A stretch of DNA of 64,000 nucleotides from the human T2T-CHM13v2.0 reference genome, Homo sapiens, in NCBI RefSeq assembly GCF_009914755.1, contig NC_060926.1; one strand, 5' to 3'. The notes under the pieces are model-generated. The model was not told where the DNA came from. It worked only from the letters and a program-made list of their open reading frames with translations, and did no database searches. Shown one piece after another: positions 26,115 to 38,469 of the stretch; the first letter of the stretch is position 1; every line of letters begins with the position of its first letter. The translations under genes were made by a program, and so were the position numbers.

Positions 26115-26427
26115 AAGAGGGAGGCAGAAGATTTGATCACAGAAGAAGAAGGCAATGTGACAATGGAAGCAAGGTGCACCACTGTCTGAAGATGGAGGAG
26201 AGGGCCAGGAGAGAAGGATGCAGGTGGCCTCCAAAAGCAGGATGAGGCAAGAAATGGAGTCTATCCTGCAGCCTCCAGAAGGAATCATCTCTGCCAACAC
26301 CTTGATTTTAACTCACTGAAACTTATTTTGGGTTGCTGACCTCCAAAACCATGAGAGAATACATTTGTGCCATTGAAGCCACTAAGTCTATGGTAATTTG
26401 TTAAAGACACAACAGAAAGTAAATACA
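26115..26427 (+). mobile_element. MLT1C/D MaLR LTR, 3' part
   Basis: gcagcctccagaaggaatc...gccaacaccttgatttta...aagccactaagtctatggtaatttgtta...taaataca. Confidence 0.85.
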
Positions 26428-26434
26428 CATGATG

Positions 26435-26800
26435 ATCAAGAACATGGTCTTCAGTGTCAGGGACATCTAAATTAGAAAACTCTCTCTGACACTTACCAAC
26501 CTGGTGACCTGGAACTTAATTTAATTTCCCAGAGCTTCAGCTTCCTCGTGTTTTGAGCAATTAATGAGATGATCCATGTTAAGAGTTTAAGCACAGATTA
26601 TGACACAGAATGTGTACAACTAATGGAAGCTAATATCATTAGGGAGGAAAGGAACTGATGATTATTGAAGCCAACTAAATCCCAAGCACTTCATGGCTCC
26701 TGTCTCATTTAAGTCCCATGACTCTCCGAAAGGTAAGGATTTCTGTCTTAGATATTTAAAAAAATAGGAAACTGAGATTCAGAGATGAAGTCGGTTATGT
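26435..26800. mobile_element. two MIR fragments in opposite orientations
   Basis: cagagcttcagcttcctc (+) and ggaaactgagattcagaga (-). Confidence 0.6.
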
Positions 26801-27317
26801 AGCTGATATTAGTTTATATTTATCCCAGTAACATTCACTGTCTTTCTGTTGATACTCTGACAATAAAATCCTTCATAGAAGTTTTTTCAAACCAAAGCAA
26901 AATCAAGATGAATGTACCAAATGCAGTTGGTGGAAAGAGTGTAGTTCAGGTATGAGGCCAACCTAGTCCTTTGCCCTCCTCCCTGTGATCAATTAGTCAT
27001 AGACGTGGCTATGCCTATGTTTCTTCACAGGTAAAAATAAACTGGTTGAAAGATTAATAATGAGATAAACATCTGACTTTTTAATTTTCTAGACAAATCT
27101 AACAGTTGATTTGTTATCAATTACTTTTATACTTAAGGTCTCTAATCAGCAATTTTTTTGCCAACTTGATTTTGCAGAATAAAAGATACTATAAACTCGA
27201 ATTGAATTGTAGCATTCTAACTAAAATGCAACTATATCATTTCAATAAGACAACATGGAATTTCCACTATATTCTTAGAATCAGTAATATTCTTTCTTTT
27301 AAAAATATACATTAATA

Positions 27318-27601
27318 GGTCGGGCATGGTGGCTCACTCCTATAATTCCAGAACTTTGGGGGCCGAAGTGGGAGGATCACTTGAGGCCAGGAATTCAAGG
27401 CTAGCCTAGGCAACACAGAGATATCCTGTCTCTACAAAAAATTTAAAAAATTAGCCAGGCATAGTGGTGCATCCCTGTGGTCCTAGCTACTTTGGAAGCT
27501 GAGATGAGAGGATAGCTTGAGCCCAGGAGGTTGAGGCTGTAGTGAGCCATGATCGCAGCACTGCACTCCAGCCTAGGTGACAGAGCAAGATCCTGTCTCA
27601 G
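27318..27601 (+). mobile_element. AluJ
   Basis: J features gggaggatcacttgaggccagg and cttgagcccaggaggttgaggct; TSD-like acattaata on both sides. Confidence 0.93.
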
Positions 27602-28942
27602 AATGTATATGTATGAACATACACATTAATAAAGGTTTGGGAATTTTAAAAAATTGCTATTCCCTGGTCTTTATACTAAATCAAGTAAAATCCTTTATGA
27701 TGATCACAGAGACATTGTTAGAGAATAACAAATTAATTGGTTATAAAAGTTTATTCAAGGACTTGCTAACACCATGTCTGTTTCTGTGGCAGCACAGAGA
27801 ACACTGTAGAATATGAATCTTTGTTCATAATTAGCCCTCAATATAGACACAATTTTTATCTTCAGAATTTTCTCTACCATGGCAACAGAGACTATTTAGA
27901 CTCTACTTACTTTCTAGGGACACTGAAGGCTTTAAACTCCTCAAACAGCAGAGTGTCTTAGGATCAGAGGACTTAGGCTCAGAAGACTAGATCTAAAGAT
28001 GACTTACATTTCACTTCTAATTTCCAAAAGCTGTTTTCTATGTCTTCTTACTCATCAGCTACTCTGCTTATGCTACATTGATGGAGTGCTTAGTAATTAC
28101 ACAATGTTCCAGATATCTATTTTCTAGATTAAAAAAAAAACTAAGTTCTGAAAGGTGAAGTGATATATTTCAAGTCATACAGCTGACCACCTGTAGAACA
28201 AATATTAGAACTCAGGCACCCCAAATCTTACACCCACTCTTCTCTTCCCACACCATCCACAAACTATAGCAACCTCTGTGGAAAGACAGCAATGTGTAGA
28301 TGCTTTATGTGCTGCCTGAACTGAAAAATGTCATGCTTGTAAAAACTGTCATGGCTGGTTACCCAGAGGAAGTGCTACTTGTCTTTCCATTTCATTAGCC
28401 CAGTTTATTTTTAATAGAAGAAAACAAATGGTTCTCAAAAGTATTCTATACCTTGTAGGCCCTGCAATGGAAGGACACAACCACAGTAACCAACCCTGAC
28501 ACTGTCATTTCTAAGCTGTACAGCTTCTTCCTAGAAACTTCATTCTCTGAACTATAGTTTTTCTCATTGGCGAAGGAAAAAAAAAAAAAAGCCTGGATAG
28601 TAACATTCTAAATAGTTAATACAGTAAAATAGAAACCTATGTCACAGGATTGTTTATGTGGGGGAGGAAAAAATAATTTTCCCTGTAACCTCTGAGTTCC
28701 TAGCTTAGATCTCTATAACATAGAACATATTAACAAGAAAAAAAACCAAACATGTTTACTAACATGTGAGTTTTATATATATGGGGGAGAATACTCAGAT
28801 AAAAAATATTTCTCAGAGAGGTAGCTTAGAATTCCAGCTTACATGCCATCTTCACCAAAAATCAACACATTTTTTGAGAAGTGACAAGACAAAGGAAAAG
28901 GACCTTGAATCTCTAGGGGCAGGAAATGTAGGAAAGTGAATA

Positions 28943-29808
28943 CAGTTGACCCTTGAACAACACAGTCTGAATTTTGTGGGTCTACTTATACATGGATTTT
29001 CTTCTGTGTCTGCCACCCCTGAGAAAGGAAGACCAACCCCACCTCTTCCTCCTCCTCCTCAACCTGCTCAATGTGAAGATGATGAGAATGAAAACCTTTA
29101 TGATGATCTACTTCCAATTAATAATAGTAAATATATTTTCTCTTCCTTATGATTTTCTTAATATTTTATATCTTTAGCTTACTTATTGTAAAAATACAGT
29201 ATATAATACATATTACATACAGAATATGTGTTAATTGACTGTGTTATTGGTAGGGCTTTCAACAGTAGGTTAATAGTAGTTAAGTTTTTGGAGAGTCAAG
29301 TTATACAAAGGCCAGGTGCAGTGGCTTACACCTGTAATCCCAGCACTTTGGGAAGCCAAGGTGGGTGGATCACTTGAGCCCAGGAGTTTAAGATCAGTCT
29401 ATATAACATGACAAAACCCCATCTCTGAAAAAAAAAAAATACGGAAATTAGCTGGGTGTGGTGGTGTGCACATATAGTTCCAGCTACTGGAAAGGCTGAG
29501 GTGGGAGGATCACTTGAGCCCAGGAGGTTGAAGCTGCAGTGAGCCATTTTCACAACACTGCACTCCAGCCTGGGCAACAGAGAGAAACCCTGTCTCCACA
29601 AAAAGAAAGGAAGAAAGGAAGAAAAGAAAGAAAGAAAAGAAAAGAAAAGAAGGGAGGGAGGGAGGCAGGGAGGAAGGGAGGGAAGGAGGGAGGGAGTGGA
29701 GAAAGAAAGAAAGGAAAGAGAGAAAGAAAAAGTTACACATGGATTTTCAACTGGAGTGGAAGGAGGGGGGCAGTGCCCCTGACCCCCACATTGTTTAAGG
29801 GTCTACAG
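28943..29808. mobile_element. Tigger2a-like TcMar element, split by an Alu
   Basis: TIRs cagttgacccttgaacaa / ttgtttaagggtctacag flanked by TA. Confidence 0.85.
29310..29728 (+). mobile_element. AluJ with purine-rich (GAAA/GGAA/GGGA) tail
   Basis: Alu dimer plus AG-rich tail; TSD-like aagttataca / aagttacaca. Confidence 0.93.
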
Positions 29809-30579
29809 TATATGGGAAACTATTACTAGATAAAGGCCAGTTAGAAAACTTTGTGATGTAGATTCCTCTGGTGCAGTCTCTAGGCTGATCAGGGTCTAAA
29901 GTTATCACTGATAATGAATAAACTTTGTCCTTTCTGATGGAGCTGGTTTGGACGAACAACTTTGCAAATTTATGTCCTGTTTTTATGCAAATAGGAAAAG
30001 GGCAAAGAACTTTTCTGATATCTGCTTCTTCTCAATTGCCTTCAACTCAAAATAACCCTTATGACAAGGTAGGTTATATTTTGGGGTGGTGTATTCTGCT
30101 ACCTTTCATTTTTAAAGTCAAATAATAATGACAGCATTAGTTAATAGCACTTTTTAAAATTATTGTAAATTAAGCATTCTGCTCAGCAGTTTATTCATTT
30201 AATTTTATTTGATCCTTGCAATCACTCTAAGAGGTAGATTCTGGCATTATTTCCATTTTGTAGATCAGGAATTAACCTTGAGTGTTCAAGTCATTTGCTC
30301 AAAGTCACAAAGCAAATTTTAACTCCTCTTCACCAGTATGGGTAAGAACTTTTAAAAATGTAAAGCACTATAGGATATAAATTACATATTCCTCGGTTTT
30401 TGTCTCTAAGACTGCTATAGTGGATAAATTGATATACATGCTTATTGCTGCAGCCACCTCTGGGATAGTAAATTAGGATAATTGCTTGCCTTTCTCTCCT
30501 TTCTTATTCCCATACTGTCAGCAGCTTAGGGATGAATTAAGAAAGCTGGTGAGAAAGACAATAGATGTGTCAGTTAGCA

Positions 30580-30716
30580 GGACACTGTAAGCTCCTGAAG
30601 GCAGGAACTGTGTTATTTCTGTGTTCTATTCTCTGCTCAGTGTTATATACTGAGTGCCTTGCCCAAAGTCCTGCTCATAGTGGAGGTTCAATAATATTTG
30701 TTGAGTGAATAAACAA
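30580..30716 (+). mobile_element. L2 3' end
   Basis: ctgtaagctcctgaaggcagg...tcaataatatttgttgagtgaataaa. Confidence 0.8.
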
Positions 30717-30808
30717 AATGATAAATACATGCCTACTAGGACAGATTTCAGTTTTGTCTACATTCAAAGTACCCATAATGCTGACAACTATCACTAAGAA
30801 CAAATTGA

Positions 30809-31582
30809 TGTAGATGGCCAGGAAAATGCAATGTGTTCACCAAATTCTGGTTCTGTTTCCCCCAGGGCTTACAACCAGACCATATTTCCTAACCTTTCCT
30901 GCAGTTACTTGTGGTTCATGCAACCTAGATCTGCCCAATAGAATATGAACAAAATGAGCTATACCATATCAAGGCCTGGACCCCCAAACCTTGCAAGCAA
31001 TTCTCCAACTCTTCCTTCTCTTGACTTCTGGAGCCACAGAATCCAGTGGTAGATTCCAGAGCCCTGGGATATGGTGAAACCACTTGGTAGAGGGATTGTG
31101 GGTCCCTGAGTACATGGAACAGGACACCACCACTACCACCACCACCATCATTGCCACCAACTCACAACGGCATGTGAGGGAAACATACTTTTAATTTATT
31201 AAGTGTTTTAGTCCATGTGGACTACAGTAACAGAATACCATAAATCAAGCAACTCATAAGCAACAGATATTTATTTCTCACAGTTCTGGACACTGGGAAG
31301 GCCAGTATCAAGCAGATTTTGTGTCTGGCAAAGGCTGCTTTCTGGTTCACAGATCACACCTTCTAGCTGTGTCCCCACATGGTGGAAGGGGCAAGGCACC
31401 ACTCTGGGGCCTCTTTTATAAGAGCACTAATCCCATCACCTGATCTAATCACCTCTCAAATGCCCCACATCCTAATAAAATCACATTGCTGATTAGGTTT
31501 CGATGCTTGAATTTTGGGGAACACAAATATTCTGACCATAGCATTAAACCACTGAGATTTGGGGAGCTCTTGTTACAGCACT
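30809..31582 (+). mobile_element. old MLT1 (I/J-like) LTR, split by MLT1A
   Basis: ccaatagaatatgaac and terminal ccactgagatttgggg...ttgttacagca. Confidence 0.6.
31204..31543 (-). mobile_element. MLT1A/A0-like solo LTR
   Basis: tgttttagtcc...tttatttctcacagttctgg...gaccatagca; near-TSD ttaag/ttaaa. Confidence 0.85.
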
Positions 31583-32959
31583 GTGTTTCTCTATACTTTT
31601 TCTCCTTTTCATACACTTTTTCCTATACTCTTAGAGTGCCTTCATTTATCTTCCCCATGTATTGCCTATGGTTGTTGTTGATCTTAATATAATTTGTATA
31701 AAAATACTTATACCATGGCAATGAACAAAGAGAACATCCTAGGCCCCAGAAATTCAAGGATGAGAGCTCAAGAAATAAATCCTTCTAGTTATCATATCTG
31801 ATCTGCTCTTACAAAAAAGCTAGGGTGACACAACACTTGGGAACTCTTTGGCCTATAAATACATACAGGTTTATAAAGAGAATACGCAATGCTAAAACTT
31901 CCACCTAGGCAGCAAATATTGAAGAGATGTACAAAATGAACCTGAGCCCAGAGTTAAAATCCGTTCATTTTGTTTGTGTAAAAACTTGGACTATAAGAGC
32001 CTATGGTTCCATACAGCCTTTAGCTAAAAAGAATTCGGATTTAAACTTGATGGCCTGGGAGGGTGACACAAAAACATCTTTAAACACTCTGAGTGTGCGT
32101 AAATCCCTGACACAGGAAAGACTATGTTTCTTTCTATCCTTTATTATATTTTCTGATTGCTCTTCTAATAATTTGTGTGATATTTCCCAGTTGTGAAATG
32201 TCTCTGATTGCCAGTGATTAAGATTAAATGAGAAGATTGCGCTCCTCCCCCAGGTGGTTGTTAGGAAACATCTGAATCATAGTGATTTGTTGGATGAACT
32301 AAGAGAGTGCCTCTCCCTAGCCATCTCGGGTTTACATAAATAAATATTCAATATATGCCACACCAATACATTTATTTGCACTGCAGGCTTCTGATCTGCA
32401 GTATCCAGTTTCTTTATGGCTTAGCAAATCATAAGCATGTTTGGAAATACAACCGCCTGGATGTCAAGACTCATGGTTTTACACATATTAAATACACCAG
32501 GTCTGAGTTTCAAAAGAATGAGGGCATTTGAGCTTCATAAATGTAAAGGCAATATAATTCTCAATTGATGATGACATCATCCACAGTTCTGTTATACCCA
32601 GGGAAACATTCAGACTTGTCTTATTTTTTGGTCCTATGAAAACACTGAAACAAAAACACTGAAATAAAACAAAAATGATGTTCCAAGAAATGATAAAGAT
32701 GTGGCCACCAGGAGGAAAAATGTACAGGCCACAGTGAAAGGCTGTGTCTGTGGTGCAGCTGACACGGAGGTGCGGTGCCATCCGATGGTCTCCTTACGTT
32801 GGGTAATAGCGTGGACATCAAACTTCTAAAAAGAATAACCAAAACCTTTTGGAAACTTTGGCAGAGTTACATGATATTTTTTACTGTTTTTTAGATGGAT
32901 AGTAATATAAGCACACCACGCACTGCCATATTTTTATAGTTATTTGTTCCTTACTCCAG

Positions 32960-33245
32960 GAATATCTACCTCCTCTATTTGGGGTCAAGCACTTTTTCAG
33001 TCTTCAAATCTTGCCTCAAGAATCACCTCCCTGCTGTGGTCACCTCTGAGCCTTACAGACAGAACCATGATGTCCTTTCTCTGCCCCCGTAGCACAGTCC
33101 ACTAACTCTAATCCAACTATTTAATAACCTGTGTCTCCTTTAGAAAAGCCAGGGCTCTTCAAGGGTAGGCACTTTGTGATAGTCATCCTCAGGGCCTACA
33201 AAGATGTACTGTACTTATGGAGCGTTCAATCAATGTTTGATTTCT
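32960..33245 (+). mobile_element. L2 3' fragment
   Basis: aatcacctccctg...ctcttcaagggtagg...ttcaatcaatgtttga. Confidence 0.6.
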
Positions 33246-34036
33246 TCATGAAATAGTTCTCAAAATATGGCACATGAACCCCTGGGTGTTCCTAAGAATT
33301 TTCAGAGGGTCTGTGAGGCCAAAACTAGTTTTATATTAATATTAGGGAGTCATTTGGTTTTCCCACTGTGTTGGCTTTTGCACTGATGGAGCAAAACCAA
33401 TGGTGGGTGAAATGACTGGGGTCAGATCATGAATCACGCCAATGGCAATAAACACCACTAGCAGTCATTGTATTTTTCACTGCCACGCACTTGCAGAAAA
33501 CATAGCGCCCATTCCACTTACAAATGTCCTTTATGAAGCAGTAAAAACATATGAGTTTTTTAGATCTTAACCATTGAGTACAAGTCTTTTAAATATGCTG
33601 CATGATGAAATGGACCAGATGGATGAAAGGCACTTCTGCTGCATTCTGCAGTACAATGAGTTTCTCAAGAAAAATTCCTTGTCTGATTATCTGAGTTGCG
33701 AGCTGAACTAGCTGCTATTTGTTTAGAGTGCTACTTTTACTTGAAAGAGCCACTGACTGTTAAGCTATGGTTATTCAGACTGGCAGTTTGGTAGAGATTT
33801 TTACATCATTGAATGGAGTAAGCCTGCCATTTCAAGAAAAACAACTGGCAATTATGTTGCTAATGATGCAATTTAAGTTTTTGAATGAAAATTAGAATTT
33901 TGGAAAATGTATATCCTCTACTTTTTGCCTGACAACTTCACAATACTTACAACTTCTCCAATGGGATCAGTGGTGATATTTACAAAAGTGAGCTTTTAGT
34001 ATTTTACAATGAAATGTGTCAACCTTTGGAGATCTG

Positions 34037-34493
34037 TGTATTTGTTCTAGTCCTCTGAAAAGTAGGTGCTAAGATCAGAGTAGACATTCAAGAAAGCTGC
34101 TGATGGGAATACCTGTGAAGGATAAAGGGAGAGAGCCAGAGAAGGCAGAGACAGCCTTTGAACCACAATGCAGGTCTGACACTGAAGAAGGAGGGAAGAA
34201 GGAAAGTGCATGGGGTAAGAAGAGTTCTAGACTGCAGCAGTCCCTGGCATGTTTCAACTAGACCAATGCCAACTTCTGGAGTCAAACTCACCAGTTTAAG
34301 GAGGTCTGCATCTCACTGGGGTTGGATTGCCTTAGTACTTCTGTTATGTGCAGCCCCTGGCTGGGAGCAGCCATGGGAAGCGTGACCTCCGTACAAACAT
34401 GATGGTGGTTCTAGAAGGACAGTTGCAGGTGCTGTCAGTCAATCATATTCCCTGCAGAGAAGATCTAAATAGTGCATTTTCTTACCCACCACA
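34037..34493 (-). mobile_element. LTR16-family (ERVL) solo LTR
   Basis: tg...ca termini with a perfect 5-bp TSD ATCTG (34032-36 and 34494-98); gaatacctgtgaagga and tgcaggtctgaca motifs. Confidence 0.8.
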
Positions 34494-35051
34494 ATCTGTA
34501 TAACTCAGACTATATTTTCCAAAGGAGCAATGCATATTGTTATACAGTCATGCATGAATAAAATATTCACTAAAACTGAGTTTTTCAAAGTTATTCATAT
34601 TAACTGTGGTTTCTGATTCCACATTGACACTAATATTTAAGTAGTATTTAAGAAACCACCAGTTGTTGGCTTTGATGTAGTATCAAAGATAGCCATAGTC
34701 ATTTGAAAAGGCTATTAAAATACTCCTTCTTTTAAAACTATACATATGTGTGAGGCCAGATTTTCTTCATATACTGTATTTCAACAAAAAGACCATGTCC
34801 CAACAGATTGAATAAGAGCAGAATGAGCATACAGGTATCTTATATTAAGCCAGATAATAAAGAGAGTTACAAAAATGTAAAACAATGTCACTACTCTATT
34901 TTTCTGAAAAATAGTTATTTTTTACTAAAATATATTATTTATGTTAACATGCAATGGAGTCATTACTGTTATTTTAAAAAATAAGATGATACATTTTTCA
35001 AAAGTTTCTGTTTTAATTTTGAATACAATACAACTAGATATTACCTATATA

Positions 35052-35131
35052 TTAGATTGGTACAAAGGTAATTGCAGTTTTTGCCATTATGTTCAATGGT
35101 AAAAGCCGCAACTTCTTTTGCACCAACCTAA
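35052..35131. mobile_element. MADE1 (Hsmar1 MITE), full 80 bp
   Basis: ttagattggtacaaaggtaattgcagtttttgccatt...aatggtaaaagccgcaacttcttttgcaccaacctaa flanked by TA. Confidence 0.95.
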
Positions 35132-36470
35132 TAACAGAAACTCTCTTTGAGGTCTTCAATAATTGTAAGGGCATAAAGCTTACCTGAGACAAATGTCTGA
35201 GAACAATTGCATTAAAGAATCATTACATTCAGTTGTGAGCAGTGAAAAAAAAAAATCAGTACCCCATTGAAGAAGGCAGAGAACCTGGTAGTTACCAGAG
35301 TGTCTCTGGTGTCAGAAAACCAAAGTTTGGATTTTGGCTTCTATATATGCTAAAGAGAGTCTTTGGACAATGAATTAAGCTCTCTGAGCCTCTGTGTCCT
35401 TATATACAGAAAATAATATCTATCCATAGGATTTGGGTAAATATTAAATTTGATACAAAGTATTTATTATAATCAAGATGAAGCAGCAAAAGCTCAATAA
35501 AGTTTAGTTTTTCCTAGTAATTATTGATAATATTATTACTCAACTGCTAGTACTTTTCTCCGATTGGAAATCAAAATAAACACCCACTCATCTTTCCTCC
35601 ACAGCAGTACATAGTAAATAATCCTTGAATGCTCTGCATCAGAATCATATAAAGCGCTTATTAAAAATGCATAAAACCAAGGTGTTAGGTTAATTCAAGT
35701 CTTAAGTGCTACTAGAACAACTAAATATCTGTATAAAACAAAAATGAATCTCAACTCCCTGCCTCATTATACACACATAAATACACGTACACACTCAAAT
35801 TGATAAGATACCTAAACATAAATGCCAGAACTATAAAGCTTCTAGAAAATAATATAGGAGAATATCTTTGCAATTTTGTGGAAGGAAAGATTGAAACAGA
35901 CCAAACAAGCACCAACCATAAAAGAAAATATTAATAAATTAAACTTAATTAAAATTAAAATGTTCTGCTTGAATGAAAACACAAATAATTTTTTAAATGA
36001 CAAGCTACAGGCTGGGAAAAATATTCTGAACACATATATCTGGCAAAAATGTGTATTCAAAAAATGCAAAGGACTCATACAAGTGAATGATAAAAAGGCA
36101 AAAAAAATTTTTAAATATTCAAATAATCTGAATAGACCTATCATTAAAGAAAACATTACAAATCATCAATAGATACATAAAAAGGAGCTCCACATTTTTA
36201 ATTATTATTTTTTTAAATTTAACAACACCAAAGTTTGTGAGGACATGGAAAAGCAATTCTCCTGCATTGCTATTGAGAGGGTAAAATGCACCCATTTTGG
36301 AGAAATGTTTGGTGGTTTCTTAAAAAGTTAAACATACATCTATCTTTCGAGCTAGCAATTTCTCTCCCAGATATTTACCCAAGAGAAACAAAAACTTATG
36401 TTCACAAAAAGAAATGTATAAGAATGTTTATAGCAGAATTATATACAATAGTCAAAAACGGAAAACAATC

Positions 36471-38469
36471 TACTTTAGTCCATTTTCACACTGCTACAAA
36501 GACATACCTGAGACTGGGTAATTTATAAAGGAAAGAGGTTTACTTGACTGACAGTTCCACAGGGATGGGGAGGCCTCAGGAAACTTACAATCATGGTGGA
36601 GGGGGAAGCAAACACATCCATCTTCACATGGCGTCAGGAAAGAGAACAGCATGGGGGAACTCCATCCAATCACCTCCCATGAGGTCCCTCCCTCAACACA
36701 CGAGGATTACAATTTGAAATGAGATTTGGGTGGGGGTACTGCCAAATCACATCATTCCAACACTGGCCTCTCACAAATTTCATGTCCTCATATTTCAAAA
36801 CAAAATCATGCCTTCCTAACAGTCCCCCAAAGTCTTAACTCATTCCATATTGGGGGAACCCACCCCCAATATTCAACATAGGTTCTTTCTATATTCCATA
36901 AGTGTCGGCTGGCTGAGAAATAAAGAGAAAGAGTACAAAGAGGAATTTTACAGCTGGGCCTCCAGGGGTGACATGACCATGATGCCCACCTGAGCTGCAA
37001 AATCAGCAAGTTTTATTAAGGATTTCAAAAGGGGAGGGGGTACAAGAACAGGTAGTAGGTCACAAGGTCACATGCTTCAAAGGGCAAAAAGGAGAACAAA
37101 GATCACATGCTTCTGAGGAAACAGGACAAGAGCAAAATCACAAACTCCTGATAAGGGTCCAACAAAGATCACAAGGCAAAGGGCAAAAGCAGAATTACTG
37201 ATAAGGGTCTATGTTCAGCGGTGCACGTATGTCTTGATAAACATCTTAAACAACAGAAAACAGGGTTCAAGAGCAGAGAACCGGTCTGACCTCAAATTTA
37301 CCAATTTGAGGGTGGAGTTTCCCAATCCTAGTAAGCCTGAGGATACTGCAGGAGACCAAGGCATATTTCAGTCCTTATCTCAACTGCATAAGACAGACAC
37401 TCCCAGAGCGGCCATTTATAGACCTCCCCCCAGGAATGCATTTGTTCCCTAGGGTATTAATTATTAATATTCCTTGCTGGGAAAAGAATTTAGTGATATC
37501 TTCCTTACTTGCACGTCCATTTATAGGCTCTCTGCAAGAAGAAAAATATGGCTCTATTTTGCCTGACCCTGCAGGCAGTCAGACCTTATGGTTGTCTTCT
37601 GTTGTTCCCTGAAAATCACTGTTATTCTGTTCTTTTTCAAGGTGCACTGATTTCATATTGTGCAAACACACATGTTTTACAATCAATTTGTACAGTTAAC
37701 ACAAATATCATAGTGGTCATGAGGTGACGTACATCCTCAGCTTAAAAAGATAACAGGATTAAGACATTAAAGTAAGATAGGCATAAGAAATTATAAGAGT
37801 ATTACTTGGGAACTGATAAATGTCCACATTAAAATGAAATCTTCACAATTTATGTTCCTTTGCCACGGCTCCAGCTGGTCCCTCCATTTGGGGTCCTTGA
37901 CTTCCTGCAACAATTCCAGCATTAACGCATAAGTCCAAGTACAAAGTCTCATCAGAGACAAGACAGGTCCCTCCTGCCTATGAGCCAGTAAAATCAAAAG
38001 CAAGTTAGTTACTTCCAAGATACAATGGGGATACAGGCATTGGATAAGTGCTCCCATTCCAAAAGGGAGAAATTGGCTGAAACAAAGGGGTTACAGGCCC
38101 CATGCAACTGTGAAATCCAGCAGGGCAGTCATTAAACTTTAAAGCTCCAAAATGATTCCCTTTGACTCTACATCTCACATCTGGGACATGCTGATGCAAG
38201 GAGTGGGCTCCCACAGCCTTGGGTAGCTTCTTCACAGGCAGGTGTTTAGTGCCTGAAGCTTTTCCAGGTGTACAGTGCAAGCTGTCAGTGTATCTCCCAT
38301 TCTGAGGTCTGGAGGAGGGTGGCCCTCTTCTCACAGCTCCACTAGGCAGTATCCCAGTAGGGACTCTATGTGGGGACTCCAACCCCACATTTCCTTCCAT
38401 CGACTCATGGGGAATAAAGGATTACAATTCAAGATGAGATATGGCTGGGGACACAGCCAAACCATATCA
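36471..38469 (-). mobile_element. THE1C/D MaLR: LTR, internally deleted internal region, remnant of second LTR
   Basis: LTR 36471-36753, internal sequence to about 38400, LTR end to 38469 (aaaccatatca); near-TSD caatc/cagtc. Confidence 0.9.
36848..37912 (-). mobile_element. MER11 (HERV-K HML-8) solo LTR, probably MER11C
   Basis: 1065 bp, tattgggggaacc...gacttcctgcaaca, repeated gatcacatgcttc; perfect 6-bp TSD ATTCCA. Confidence 0.92.

Larger units (their letters stand above)
28657..30108 (-). mobile_element. MER34-family ERV1 solo LTR, split by Tigger2a
   Basis: tg...ca termini; antisense of the MER34-type start (ctcaattgccttcaactcaaaataa...ttggggtggtgtattctg...tttca). Confidence 0.7.
33252..35210 (+). 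mobile_element. Charlie1a/b hAT DNA transposon, interrupted by LTR16 and MADE1
   Basis: tagttctcaaaatatgg...gcactgatggagcaaaacc...gctgaactagctgct...aaattagaattttggaaaa...tgagaacaattg. Confidence 0.88.

Noticed and set aside
32702-32718. CTCF-like motif tggccaccaggagga
   Set aside because: Two mismatches in the core; not supportable without ChIP data
38005-38400. 131-aa ORF
   Set aside because: Lies in THE1 internal sequence of a deleted, non-autonomous element
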